Shown here: piece after piece, positions 47,756 to 58,260 of the stretch
Layout of the letters: every line of letters begins with the position of its first letter
How positions within the stretch are numbered: the stretch's first letter is position 1
Assembly (NCBI GenBank): GCA_049513055.1
Contig: JBEKWN010000008.1
Location: 21,669 to 85,668, forward strand
DNA from: Thermodesulfobacteriota bacterium
GTDB lineage: Bacteria > Desulfobacterota > BSN033 > UBA1163
Reading direction: 5' to 3'
DNA length: 64,000 bases
Position numbers and translations under genes: made by a program
The notes under the pieces: model-generated
Databases searched by the model: none
The model's input: the letters and a program-made list of their open reading frames with translations, nothing else
Told to the model about the DNA's origin: nothing

Positions 47756-48691
47756 CTACTCCCTCCTCAAATACTTTAGAAGCAATATCGCAAACACTGA
47801 AAGAATGGGGAACATGTAGAGGGCGATCGCGGCCCCCTGGCCGATATCCGTGGCAGCGAGGCCGATCTGGTAGGCATAGGTCCCGAAAATGTGCGTCATG
47901 TTGGCCGGCCCGCCCTTCGTCAAAATATAAATGAGCTGGAAATCGGCGAAGGTCCAGATAATCGATAGAAGGGCGGCGATCAGGACCACACCGCGTATTG
48001 CCGGGATCGTGATATGGAGGAATCGGTGCCAGGCGTTGGCGCCGTCGATGGCTGCTGCCTCGTGCAGCTCATGGGGGACGGCCTGGAGTCCAGCCAGGAT
48101 CGTAATGCCAAAGAATGGAACACCACGCCAGATATTGGCCAGGCAAACCGATGCGATGGCCAGGTTGGGATCACCCAGAAAGTTGACGTTCTTTGTGATT
48201 ACTCCCATGGACTTCAAAAGCCACGAAATGGGGCTGAAGATCGGGTCAAAGATCATGTACCAACCGAGCGCCGATAGGGCTGTGGGGACAATCCAGGGCA
48301 TCATTACCGCAGCCCGGATCGGGTTACTGAAGCGCATGCGGTTTGTGAGAATCAATGCAAGCCCTAGCCCTAGCATCGCTTTGAAAGGCACGGTCACCAT
48401 GGCATAGACGAAAGTATTGCGAACGGTTTGGTGGAAGATGGAATCGTGAAGTAGGTCGATAAAGTTACGAAATCCGATGAAATGGCCTATGCGGCCGATC
48501 ATGCTATCGGTGAGGGACAACCAGATGCCGAGGAAGAAGGGATAGGCCATGAAGAGCATCAGCAGGAATGCACCCGGAAGCATGAGGATGATACCCAGGC
48601 TGGACTCACGTTCGAGAAGCCGCTTCAAAGACCAGCGGCCATACCTCTTAACCGTTCCTCTACTGCTGGAAAGAGTTTCATGTCCGGTCAT
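47756..48691 (-). CDS. Carbohydrate ABC transporter permease (MalF/UgpA-like)
   Basis: EAAAIDGA EAA motif. Confidence 0.85.
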   Translation of the reverse strand: MTGHETLSSSRGTVKRYGRWSLKRLLERESSLGIILMLPGAFLLMLFMAYPFFLGIWLSLTDSMIGRIGHFIGFRNFIDLLHDSIFHQTVRNTFVYAMVTVPFKAMLGLGLALILTNRMRFSNPIRAAVMMPWIVPTALSALGWYMIFDPIFSPISWLLKSMGVITKNVNFLGDPNLAIASVCLANIWRGVPFFGITILAGLQAVPHELHEAAAIDGANAWHRFLHITIPAIRGVVLIAALLSIIWTFADFQLIYILTKGGPANMTHIFGTYAYQIGLAATDIGQGAAIALYMFPILSVFAILLLKYLRRE

Positions 48692-48703
48692 GTCTCTCTC
48701 TAG

Positions 48704-48740
48704 AAAGAGGGCAGCCGCTGAATTCGCAACTGCCCTCTTC
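48704..48740 (-). other. Intercistronic stem-loop between the SBP and permease genes (AGAGGGCAG...CTGCCCTCT)
   Basis: 9 bp perfect stem. Typical position for differential mRNA stabilization of SBP transcripts. Confidence 0.4.
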
Positions 48741-48820
48741 GCATTTGCAGAAAACAGAAACGACGCCCGGATGACACAGCCTTTTGTAATCGCTGCTATC
48801 CAAAGCGCTGTTCATTACGA

Positions 48821-50092
48821 TTAGACACCGTATATCCGCTTAAGTTGCTCGGCACCCCACTCAATCGCTGCCTTCGCATCACCACTTTGAACTGCGCGCG
48901 CAAGGGTATCCACGACGATGTACTTGGACGAGGCAAGCCCTGCTTTTTCGTTCGCCGGCCCGGCATAACCTAAATCGCGACCGTACTTCGGCTGAAGCTG
49001 GTAGCCTTCCTGAAGGCGAAACCACTCGCCGTATTGCTTATCGTCGAACCACCACTTCAGGAACTCCCTGGCGGCCGGAATATTCTTCGAGCTCTTGAGG
49101 ATGCCGAAAGTCCGGGTACCCAGCAGATAGAAACGCCCGGCCGGTCCCTTGGGCATGAGCATGTGGTTCATATCTTTGGCAATATGCGGCTTGTCTTTTT
49201 TGGCGGCGAAGTAGATGCTCGAGGCGTTTAAGGTGCTGCATATCTGCTCCGATAGGAAAGCGCGGTTGTTGCTGCTGTCGTCCCAGGAGGTGCCGGTTTC
49301 ATCATAGCCGTCCTTCCAGGCCTGGATGAATTTCCGCATTCCCTCAACGAACTCCGGTTTGTTGAAAAGAATGTTCTTACCGTCCTTGCTGATTTCCATC
49401 GCCCCGTAAGACCACATGAAGGAATAGCAGAAGCAAGGTGGGTCGCTCGTACTGTGCCCCAGGGCCTGGCCAAACGGGTGGCCATTCGCTTTGCATTTCT
49501 TGGCCACGGCATGGTACTCATCCCAGGTCATGTCCAGTTTGGTGCCATCTTCCGCATTAGCAACTCCGGCTTCCTTGAACCAACTAATCCGGTAGTTCAT
49601 AGAATGATTGTTCTGACCAGAAGGAATCCCCAGAAACTTCCCACCTACCTTTCCTGAGTTCAGCACGTAGGTCTCGAACCCGCCGCCACGGCGGCCAACC
49701 TCCTCAGCCTCCTTCGTCAAATCGATGAGACTTTCCCTGTAAAGATAGTTCCACGCCGGCCAGAGCTCCACGATGTCCAAGCCGCCGGCCTGGACAGCCG
49801 CAGCGATCTTGGGCTGAAGGTCCGGCCAATTGAGGAAGTCAGTGGCTACTGTCACGCCGTTCGCCTGGCCCCATTCCTGAGCCTGCTTCTTGTAGAGTTC
49901 CTGTGCGGGCGCAATGAAGTAGGTACCTTGAAGAATGGAGAGCTTCGTTCCCTTGATGATAGCGGGACCCTGACCGAAGACCCGATGGGGAAGTCCGCCC
50001 ACGGCGGCCACACCCAGCCCGGCCACCCCGGCTTTAATAAACTCCCGGCGACTCAATTTCCTCTTTGTTTGCCTTTTCGAATCGTTCTTCAT
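48821..50092 (-). CDS. Sugar ABC transporter substrate-binding protein (family 1) with a Tat-type signal
   Basis: SRREFIKAGVAGLGVAA twin-arginine motif. SBP_bac_1-like. Confidence 0.85.
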   Translation of the reverse strand: MKNDSKRQTKRKLSRREFIKAGVAGLGVAAVGGLPHRVFGQGPAIIKGTKLSILQGTYFIAPAQELYKKQAQEWGQANGVTVATDFLNWPDLQPKIAAAVQAGGLDIVELWPAWNYLYRESLIDLTKEAEEVGRRGGGFETYVLNSGKVGGKFLGIPSGQNNHSMNYRISWFKEAGVANAEDGTKLDMTWDEYHAVAKKCKANGHPFGQALGHSTSDPPCFCYSFMWSYGAMEISKDGKNILFNKPEFVEGMRKFIQAWKDGYDETGTSWDDSSNNRAFLSEQICSTLNASSIYFAAKKDKPHIAKDMNHMLMPKGPAGRFYLLGTRTFGILKSSKNIPAAREFLKWWFDDKQYGEWFRLQEGYQLQPKYGRDLGYAGPANEKAGLASSKYIVVDTLARAVQSGDAKAAIEWGAEQLKRIYGV

Positions 50093-50534
50093 AAATCATC
50101 CTCCTTTCCCAAGATTTCCGTTAAGGGTTAAAGCCTTGTAAAAAATTCGATCCAGCAAATTCCTTATCAAGAACCATCGCATTTGTCAATCAAACAATTG
50201 GAATGGTTTAAGACATCAACTCGTACAATGAGGTTTATCAATTTCACCTTCTTATTCAGGAAATAATTTCGCTTGCCACTATACCACAGATTGCAGTGTT
50301 CTACAGTTAGTAATTCTGAATTGATTTCCACCTGAAATGTCGTATGACGAACCTGTGTCATAGAATCGATCTTTCATGAGGGAAGAGGATGACAAGACAC
50401 GGATCACAAAGACTTAGCCTTCACCTACCTCACCGATCTTGAAGCCTTAGCAGGGAATCGACTAGAGGGTCTTGATTTATTGGGAAGGAATGTGACAGAT
50501 TTAGACATCACGCTTTCTAAGAAAGGAGACTCAG

Positions 50535-50888
50535 ATGAGTGAATACTTTTATCCCCTTGACGGCCGGAAGCATTACAAAGACTTGGAGGAAGCCCAGAAG
50601 GGCATGTTCCAAGCTTTCAAAAACTTTAACAATGAGATCTTTGAGAAGGAGAGCGCTCTTTCCAGGAAAGTGAAGGAGCTCATAGCGATTGGCGTCGCTC
50701 ACACGACCCAATGCCCGTATTGTATTGAAGGCCATGTCAAAGCTGCTAAAAAAGCAGGAGCGACTGACCAAGAGATTGCGGAGGCCATTTTTGTCGCCGC
50801 TGCGTTGAGGGCAGGGGGCGCTTTTGCTCACTCGACTATCTCCATGGGCGTGCTCAAGGAAATGGACAGGTTAGAAAAGGAGAAATAG
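50535..50888 (+). CDS. Carboxymuconolactone decarboxylase (AhpD-like) family protein
   Basis: CPYCIEGH CxxC..H motif. Confidence 0.7.
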   Translation: MSEYFYPLDGRKHYKDLEEAQKGMFQAFKNFNNEIFEKESALSRKVKELIAIGVAHTTQCPYCIEGHVKAAKKAGATDQEIAEAIFVAAALRAGGAFAHSTISMGVLKEMDRLEKEK

Positions 50889-51169
50889 AAATCTCTGATC
50901 TAGGGGAAGAACATCGTAGACTGGCTCACAGTGTATATCTACCATCGACCAGCCTTCGACCTATTAACCAACGATGATGACTTAAAATCTACACAATGAT
51001 GTCAAATTTTCTTGGTGAGACTTTCCAGGAAGAAGTTCTCAAGAAATGGAATTATCGACTTCACCTCCAAGTCATTACTGGCAACCATATTCAAGAATCG
51101 AAGATTACGGGTAAAGATCAGCTTGAAAGTGCGTATCCTCGGGACAGGATAGGGGATGTTCCGATCAAT

Positions 51170-52261
51170 TTATTTATTATTGAGAATGGCCTCCCTGATC
51201 GCATTACCGACTTCATGGGTTTTATTTGTTCCCCCCATATCAGGGGTCTTAACCTTCCCCAAGGCTAGGGTTTTCATCACAGCCCTTTGTATATCTAAAG
51301 CGGCCTGCTCTTCTCCCAGATGATCCAGCATCATCCGAATTGATTCAATCGATGCAATTGGATTGACAACTGCCTTTCCGACATACTTAGGGGCCGATCC
51401 ATGAATTGGTTCGAACATAGATGGGTAGATTTTTTCTGGATTGATGTTCCCACCGGCGGCAAACCCCATCCCTCCCTGGAGCATGGATCCGAGATCCGTG
51501 ATGATGTCTCCGAAGAGATTAGAGGCCACTATCACATCGAAATATCCGGGATTCTTTACAAACCACATGGTCAAAGCATCTACCATTGCCATATCGGTCT
51601 TTATGTCCGGATATTCTTTTGCCACCTTTTGATACACGGAGTCCCAAAAAACCATGGAATAGTTGAGTGCATTGGATTTGGTACAGTTAGTTACCATCCC
51701 AACGGGGGCTTTTTCGCCAAACTTTTTCCGCTTTCGGGCAAGCGCAAAAGCGTAGCGAATCGCTCTTTCACACCCTTTTTGGGTAAAAATACTTGTCTGA
51801 ATAGCAAATGCATCAGGACTTCCCGGTTTGAAAAAACCCCCTGTAGCTGAATATTCTCCTTCGGTATTTTCTCGGATTACCAACATATCGATAGTTTCAG
51901 ATGTTGCAGTTTTCACCGGCGATTCAACTCCAGAATAAAGTTTAATGGGTCGTAAATTGATGTATTGATCAAACCCCTTGCGGATTGTGAGAAGTAGGGT
52001 CAGGGAGATGTGGTCAGGAACTTTATTGGCATCCCCAATACATCCTAAAAAAATGGCATCAAATTTTTGCAGTCTCTCCAGAGCATTGTGGAGCATCATG
52101 ATTCCATTACTTAAATAGTAGTCACACCCCCAGTTAAAATTTTCTGTCTCGACATTGAACTTGTGTTTATCCGCGACGGCCCTTAGAATCTTGGTAGCTT
52201 CTAACGCTACCTCGTTTCCAACCCCATCTCCTGGTATGAATGCAATTCGATAAGAAGACAT
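51170..52261 (-). CDS. Tartrate dehydrogenase/decarboxylase-like (D-malate DH) member of the isocitrate/isopropylmalate dehydrogenase superfamily
   Basis: YRIAFIPGDGVGNEV...DAIFLGCIGD...VPDHISL...VIRENTEGEYS aligns closely with TtuC-type enzymes. Confidence 0.75.
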   Translation of the reverse strand: MSSYRIAFIPGDGVGNEVALEATKILRAVADKHKFNVETENFNWGCDYYLSNGIMMLHNALERLQKFDAIFLGCIGDANKVPDHISLTLLLTIRKGFDQYINLRPIKLYSGVESPVKTATSETIDMLVIRENTEGEYSATGGFFKPGSPDAFAIQTSIFTQKGCERAIRYAFALARKRKKFGEKAPVGMVTNCTKSNALNYSMVFWDSVYQKVAKEYPDIKTDMAMVDALTMWFVKNPGYFDVIVASNLFGDIITDLGSMLQGGMGFAAGGNINPEKIYPSMFEPIHGSAPKYVGKAVVNPIASIESIRMMLDHLGEEQAALDIQRAVMKTLALGKVKTPDMGGTNKTHEVGNAIREAILNNK

Positions 52262-52347
52262 GTGATCTCCTTCCTATATATTATTCGTACCCCTCCTATG
52301 TAAATTCCACATTTTCCGAACCTCTTGTATTAGGGATCATTCACTTC

Positions 52348-53811
52348 CTACCACAATCCGAGAACTTTCCACCAGGGGAAGCCGATGCCTATCCATATAA
52401 CAATGTTGACGAAAGAGATAATTAGCCCCAATTTCCACCAAGTTTTTTGATCCAAATAACCGGCGTTAAAATAGATAGGCGCAGGTCCGGTTCCGTAATG
52501 GGTGATCCCAGCATTCAGGGCGGAGAAGAACCCGAAAGTCAGGGCGGACAGGTAAGGTGGGGCCTTTACAGCTACAGCTACAGCCAGAAAAGCTGGAAAC
52601 ATGGCTGTTACGTGTGCAGTGGTACTGGCAAAACCATAATGGCTATAGAAATAAACCAGCATGAGAATGATCAGCGCCGAGATCCACATCCATCCGGCCA
52701 GACTATTTCCTACTGTGGTGGCAAACCATTTCATGAACCCGAGCTGGTTCAAGTAACTGGCCATCATGACCAGCCCTCCGAACCAAAAGAGGGCATCCCA
52801 GGCTCCTTTCTCGGAAAGCACATCGTCCCAGCGGATCACCCCCGTCAATAGCATGATGGATACGCCCATTAAGGCAACAACTGTGGCGTCGATCTTATTC
52901 CATTCTGAAGTTGCCCAGAGAGCCAGAATGAGGATGAAGACGAAGAGCATGACCTTTTCCGTTCGTTTCATGGGCCCCATCTTTTCAAGCTCGTTCTTGG
53001 CCATTTCCGCCGCCTGAGGCGTGGCTTTGATCTCAGGCGGATAAATCTTGTAGAGAATGAGAGGAACGATGATGAGCGAAATCATACCGGGAACTATGGC
53101 TGCTAAGGCCCACATCCCCCAAGAGATCGAAATATTGGCAGTCTTCTTAGCCAGCTCAGCGACTAGCGGGTTCGGAGCCATGGAGGTCATGAACATAGCT
53201 GACGTAATAACCGTAGCCTGATACTCCATCGTCATCATGAAGGCGCCGATCTTCCTGGCCGTTTCCCCCGGCTCGGACCCAAAGGTCAGTGCAAGCGACC
53301 GAACAATAGGATAAATGACTCCTCCGGACCGGGCTGTGTTTGAGGGCGTGGCTGGAGCGAGAATCAGTTCGGTGGCCACGACCGAATAGGCTAAACCCAG
53401 CGTCTTTCGGCCAAAAGCCCGGATGAAAATGTAGGCAATCCTCTTCCCCAGGCCCGTGCTGATGAACCCTCGAGCGATCAAAAAAGCGGTTACAATCAGC
53501 CAGACCGTGGAGTTGGCAAATCCCAAAAGCGCCTCACCAATCTTGAGGATTCCGGTGAAGGTGGTCATCATCACTCCGAAGATGACCACAGCCCCCATCG
53601 GCAAAGGAGTCAGGATTAAACCTACGATGGTGGCCACAAAAATGGCCAGAAGGTGCCAGGCTTCTTTCTTAACCCCGGCTGGTACAGGCGAGTACCAAAT
53701 GAGGACTCCAATGATAACGACAATGACCCCGCGTACTATCCGTGCCCCCACGCTACGTTCTTGACCATTCATCTCTCTCCCCCTTCTCCAGACATTGCTT
53801 AATTCATGCAT
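52348..53811 (-). CDS. DASS-family (SLC13-like) Na+/anion symporter, a di/tricarboxylate transporter. The start is probably MNGQERS at 53772.
   Basis: SNTARSGG hairpin motif and repeat architecture. Confidence 0.8.
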   Translation of the reverse strand: MHELSNVWRRGREMNGQERSVGARIVRGVIVVIIGVLIWYSPVPAGVKKEAWHLLAIFVATIVGLILTPLPMGAVVIFGVMMTTFTGILKIGEALLGFANSTVWLIVTAFLIARGFISTGLGKRIAYIFIRAFGRKTLGLAYSVVATELILAPATPSNTARSGGVIYPIVRSLALTFGSEPGETARKIGAFMMTMEYQATVITSAMFMTSMAPNPLVAELAKKTANISISWGMWALAAIVPGMISLIIVPLILYKIYPPEIKATPQAAEMAKNELEKMGPMKRTEKVMLFVFILILALWATSEWNKIDATVVALMGVSIMLLTGVIRWDDVLSEKGAWDALFWFGGLVMMASYLNQLGFMKWFATTVGNSLAGWMWISALIILMLVYFYSHYGFASTTAHVTAMFPAFLAVAVAVKAPPYLSALTFGFFSALNAGITHYGTGPAPIYFNAGYLDQKTWWKLGLIISFVNIVIWIGIGFPWWKVLGLW

Positions 53812-54286
53812 TCAAAAAAGAATACTTTAGGTTAAAAATTCCACGAAGTGAACCTTAACCCACCCAATAACTTGCAATCATTGTTTTGAGGAAAGACACC
53901 TGTTTCGGTCCTTTCGCCTTTATGCTCCCTTTGTGTATGTGAGGACCAATAGTAATTTTTCAATAGATTAATGTTTAAAAGGCAATCATAAAGTCTATTT
54001 TTTGTCAATATAAAAAACGAAATTATGAAAATTATCTTTTAAAGGTTATTTCTTGAAATCTTGAGTAGGAAGACAAACTTCGGGAATCACAACTTCAGGA
54101 AGTAGTTCTTTGTCGGAAGTCTGGTCGGGGGCAACCCACACTTGCTTAACAAACTTAACTATGTCCCTGGGCACTTACCATTTCCTCATTCCTCGACGTT
54201 ACCTCCATGAATGGTTATCTTAATATTAAGAGGGACTTAGATAGTCTGGAAATGCGGTAAGACTAAGAGATAAAGGAGGGATAAGA

Positions 54287-54817
54287 ATGAAAAGGATCAC
54301 ATATATATTGATTGTTTTCGCATGCTTGCTACTTGTTGGTTCGTTTATGGCATATGCGGGGGAGGGGCGAGGAGCTCCATATTCTGGTTCCAAAGAGTAT
54401 GAATGCATGAAACAGCTTATGGGTGTATGGGAAGGTACTTCCAACATGGGGAAAGAGGGGCAACCGGTAAGGGTGGAGTATCGCCTGACAGCTGGGGGCA
54501 GCGCAATTGTCGAAACGCTCTTCCCGGGTACTCCCGAAGAGATGATTTCAGTTTACCATGATAATAAGGGGAAACTTTCAATGACTCACTATTGCATGCT
54601 CCAAAATCAACCTTCCATGAAGCTCGTAAAGGCCAGTGCAGACACACTCGATTTTGTGTTTGCTGGAGGGAGTGGCATTAATCCGAAGAAGGACCCTCAT
54701 ATGCATGCTTTAACCATTTCATTTGTCGATAAGGATCACATCGTCCAAAATTGGAGTTTGTTTGAAGATGGCAAAGAAAAGGAAGTGACGAGACTGAATC
54801 TATCTCGTGTGCGTTAA
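54287..54817 (+). CDS. Secreted hypothetical protein (signal peptide), possibly a DUF1579/lipocalin-like beta-barrel
   Basis: Signal peptide MKRITYILIVFACLLLVGSFMAYA. Confidence 0.4.
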   Translation: MKRITYILIVFACLLLVGSFMAYAGEGRGAPYSGSKEYECMKQLMGVWEGTSNMGKEGQPVRVEYRLTAGGSAIVETLFPGTPEEMISVYHDNKGKLSMTHYCMLQNQPSMKLVKASADTLDFVFAGGSGINPKKDPHMHALTISFVDKDHIVQNWSLFEDGKEKEVTRLNLSRVR

Positions 54818-54859
54818 ACGTTAGATAGAACGCGGAAGGAGATTATCAATGTCAAATTT

Positions 54860-56857
54860 TTAATTTGGACTCTGATCTTTGGAATTTGACATGAGGTTCG
54901 TCATTTTCAGTTCTTCCAATTCTATAGCGAGGAATTCCCAGAGTTGGGTAAGTTCTCTCACCTGCTCTTTAACTTGTTTATGAGTCTGAACGGTTTCGTA
55001 AGTCTCTTGCTGATTTAAGTAGAGATTGGGGTCAGAAAGTCTTTGATTAAGATGATCCAGTTTTTGGGTAGCCTCATGCAAAGATTTTTCTACTTCCTGA
55101 AATCTCTTTTCAAGACCGGAGAGTTGCCTTTTAAGTTGATCCATCTCCTGAGCTTTTTTTCGCTTCTCCTCTTTTGTTTTGTATGGAGATTTCTTTTTTA
55201 GAAGAGAGGGCGATGCAAGCGTCGCCCCTACATCTTTTGGGGTCTCTTCCAATTGGACTTGCTGTTTTTTATAAAGGTAATAGTCGTAATTTCCAGGATA
55301 GAGATGAGGGATTCCGCGATCGATTTCGATTATTTTATTGGTGATCTCATTGATCAGATGGCGGTCGTGAGTGATTAGACAGATCGTCCCTTGAAATTGT
55401 TTCAGTGCCATCTCCAAAACATTTCGAGAAGGGATGTCGAGATGACTGGTTGGTTCGTCAAAGAGAAGAAAATTGGCGGGCTTGAGGAGCATCTTTGCCA
55501 AAATCAGTCGGCTCTTCTCGCCACCGCTCAATACAGAGACTTTCTTTTCAATTTCATCTCCGCCGAAGAGAAAAGTTCCCAATAGGGTCCGGAGTTCGGT
55601 CTGGCTTTCATCTGTTGCAACTGAGAGGAGTTCTTCAAAGACTGTATTTTCTGGACGTAGGATGTCGAACTGATGCTGGGCAAAGTAGGCGTGGGTCACA
55701 TCCTTTCCTAAAATTACCTCACCTTCTTCAAAATCGAGAACACCGGCCAGGATCTTGAGAAGGGTAGATTTGCCTGCTCCATTGGGACCCACTAAAGCCA
55801 CTTTGTCTCCCCGGTAGAGATTAAGATCAATCCCTTGATAGACGACTGTTTCGCCATAACTTTTGTGAAGATTTTTAACCTCCACCACTTTATGACCACT
55901 TCTTTTAGGAGCAGGGAAGTGGAATCGAATCTCTTTCTTTCCCTCCGGAAGTTCAATCCGCTCAATTTTTTCGAGCATCTTGATTCGGCTCTGAACCTGG
56001 CTCGATTTGGTGTTTTTAGCCCGGAATCGCTCGATAAACCTTTCAGTTTGCTCAATTTTCCTCTGCTGGGTTTTATAAGTAGCCTCGAGGATTTGCCTTC
56101 GGGCTTCTTTCTCCTCTAAATAATGGTCGTAGTCACTGTAATAGAGGTCGATCTTTTGAGCTTCAATCTCTGCAATCCAATCAATGAGGTGATTGAGAAA
56201 GACACGATCGTGTGAGACGATCACCATGGCGCCAGGATAACTGATTAAAAATTCCTCCAACCAGATGAGGGAGGTAAGATCTAAGTGGTTGGTCGGCTCA
56301 TCGAGAAGAAGAAGGTCAGGAGATTGAAGAAGGATTTTTGCCAAGGCAATTCGCATCAGCCATCCACCGCTCAGTTCATCGGTCGCCCGGTCAAAATCCA
56401 TTTCTTTAAATCCTAATCCTTGAAGGATACGCTTCGCCTCAGCCTCCAAACCATATCCTCCGAGGAGGGTATACCGCTCCTGGAGTTTTCCATATTCCTT
56501 TGCCAGCTTTTCCTGTTTTTTCGGATCATCGATGGATGAAAGTTCTTCCTCCAGAATCTTCATCTTGTCCTGAAGGGAAGTGATGTTTGTCAAACTTTTT
56601 AAAACCTCATCCAGAACACTATTGCCTCTGAAAGAAATGACTTCCTGAGGGAGATAGCCGATCTTTACCCCTTTGGCAATGAGGATCTCCCCTTCGTCAA
56701 TGGATTCCTCTCCTAAGATCATTCTAAAGAGGGTCGTCTTCCCGGAGCCATTGGGGCCGATGAGGCCCACTCGATCCCTCACTCCAATCTGAAGGGAGCA
56801 GTCCTTGAAGAGGACCTTGCTTCCAAACTGTTTCTGAACATGGTTGAGCGTGATCAT
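54860..56857 (-). CDS. ABC-F family ATPase (two ABC cassettes, Uup/EttA-like, C-terminal coiled coil)
   Basis: Two Walker A and signature motif sets. No TM domain. Confidence 0.85.
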   Translation of the reverse strand: MITLNHVQKQFGSKVLFKDCSLQIGVRDRVGLIGPNGSGKTTLFRMILGEESIDEGEILIAKGVKIGYLPQEVISFRGNSVLDEVLKSLTNITSLQDKMKILEEELSSIDDPKKQEKLAKEYGKLQERYTLLGGYGLEAEAKRILQGLGFKEMDFDRATDELSGGWLMRIALAKILLQSPDLLLLDEPTNHLDLTSLIWLEEFLISYPGAMVIVSHDRVFLNHLIDWIAEIEAQKIDLYYSDYDHYLEEKEARRQILEATYKTQQRKIEQTERFIERFRAKNTKSSQVQSRIKMLEKIERIELPEGKKEIRFHFPAPKRSGHKVVEVKNLHKSYGETVVYQGIDLNLYRGDKVALVGPNGAGKSTLLKILAGVLDFEEGEVILGKDVTHAYFAQHQFDILRPENTVFEELLSVATDESQTELRTLLGTFLFGGDEIEKKVSVLSGGEKSRLILAKMLLKPANFLLFDEPTSHLDIPSRNVLEMALKQFQGTICLITHDRHLINEITNKIIEIDRGIPHLYPGNYDYYLYKKQQVQLEETPKDVGATLASPSLLKKKSPYKTKEEKRKKAQEMDQLKRQLSGLEKRFQEVEKSLHEATQKLDHLNQRLSDPNLYLNQQETYETVQTHKQVKEQVRELTQLWEFLAIELEELKMTNLMSNSKDQSPN

Positions 56858-56906
56858 AGATATTTTAAAGGAGGAACATTTTAAATATCAGGGATTGTCG
56901 AAAGGT

Positions 56907-57251
56907 TTAAGTATCGTACTTATCAAAATTATAACCCGCTTTCCTGTAATCCTCCAAGGCACGGTTCTTCAAATCCTCTCGCTTCGTTTTTTCTGCTTCC
57001 TTATCGGCTAATTCAGCCGCATGGCTCCATTTCCCCTCTTTTTCGTAATCCCTGATTTTCCGATCTGTTTCTGTGAGCGGACGTCCTTTGATCACTACGG
57101 TAGGAGCGAAGAGAACTCGGGAAATAGGATTTTTACATTGGGGGCAGAAGGTTAAGACAGATTCAGTCATCCTCTGGATTATCTCAAAACCTCGCCTGCA
57201 GTAATTACAACTTTTTTCTGAATCAATAGCTTTGTATGCGTACGTTGGCAT
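56907..57251 (-). CDS. FmdB-family zinc-ribbon regulatory protein
   Basis: MPTYAYKA...C..C...CPQC, the FmdB N-terminal signature. Confidence 0.6.
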   Translation of the reverse strand: MPTYAYKAIDSEKSCNYCRRGFEIIQRMTESVLTFCPQCKNPISRVLFAPTVVIKGRPLTETDRKIRDYEKEGKWSHAAELADKEAEKTKREDLKNRALEDYRKAGYNFDKYDT

Positions 57252-57282
57252 TATTAAAACCGTGTCTCGTGTCCGGAAAAGG

Positions 57283-58107
57283 ATGATTCCCTACCCAAAC
57301 CTTTATATTTACGAGATTTCTGGAGCGATTTCAGATTCAAAGAATTTTTTCAAGGAAGACTTCATCGGCTGTTGGAATGAAGGGGAGGCCTCCTTCCTTT
57401 TCTTTTCTCAACCCCACGATGAGGAGGTGGAGTCATTTGTCGAAAAGAAGTGATACCCTCTTGTCTCAAGAAATGTCCTTGACTACAAGGCCTGGCAGGC
57501 CGGTGAAGAATTGAAACCTTTTAAAGTGGGTAATCTTGTCATCTCTCCCCCTTGGGAAAATGGAAGAGTCGAAGAAGGGGAGGTCTTGGTTCATTTAGAT
57601 CCCTGTGTTGTCTTTGGTACAGGTTATCACCCAACAACTCGAACCTGCCTTAAAGCCCTTTGGGAGATTTATCAAAAAGAGAGGCCGAAAAAAGTTTTGG
57701 ACCTTGGAACAGGCTCAGGGATCCTTGCCCTGGCTGCTGCAAAATGGGGAGCTGAAAAGGTGCTTGCCATTGACTGTAATGAGCTGGCTGTGGAGACGGC
57801 GTTACGTAATGTATCGTACAATGGAGAATCTCAACGGATTGAGGTGAGGATGGGAAAAGCGGAGGGTTTTATTGAAGAGGAAGCAGATTTAGTTTGTGCC
57901 AATATCCATCTTCAGGTCATTGAGTCTCTATTAAAGAAAAGGGCCTTCTTCAAGAAAAGATGGTTTATCCTTTCAGGGATCTTTGAAAAAGATGCGAAAA
58001 AGATTGAGAGGCGATTGATCCAAAGATCCGTTGAAATCGTTCAGAGGGTACAAGAGAAAAACTGGTTGACCTTGGTTGGTTTAAACAGGAAGGGAAAGTT
58101 GAATTAA
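57283..58107 (+). pseudogene. prmA: Ribosomal protein L11 methyltransferase PrmA interrupted by an in-frame TGA at 57451..57453
   Basis: Track ORFs 57232..57453 and 57511..58107 are in the same frame, separated only by TGA. The joined sequence matches PrmA (GCWNEGEASFLFF ... LDYKAWQAGEELKPFKVGNLVISPPWE ... DPCVVFGTGYHPTT ... LDLGTGSGILA). Confidence 0.65.
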
Positions 58108-58260
58108 AATGCTATTGACTTCGATTTTTCATTGTGTTAAAAAAATCACATTTTATCCTCACTTAAATCCCAAAAATTTAAATTTTCTTTAAATTTTGAC
58201 AAAATAACCCTCATTCTCATCGTAAGAGGGAGGAGTAATTTTTAAAATTTTGGGGGAACT

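Noticed and set aside
57451-57453. In-frame TGA in prmA as selenocysteine. The same applies to the CG-TGA-F site in the metallophosphatase gene.
   Set aside because: PrmA is not a selenoprotein family, and there is no redox Cys partner at the prmA site. No obvious SECIS-like stem-loop follows immediately, and no selenium-utilization genes were seen in the window. Nonsense mutation or sequencing error is more parsimonious. The CGU context in the other gene was noted, but the frameshift in the same gene also argues for decay.
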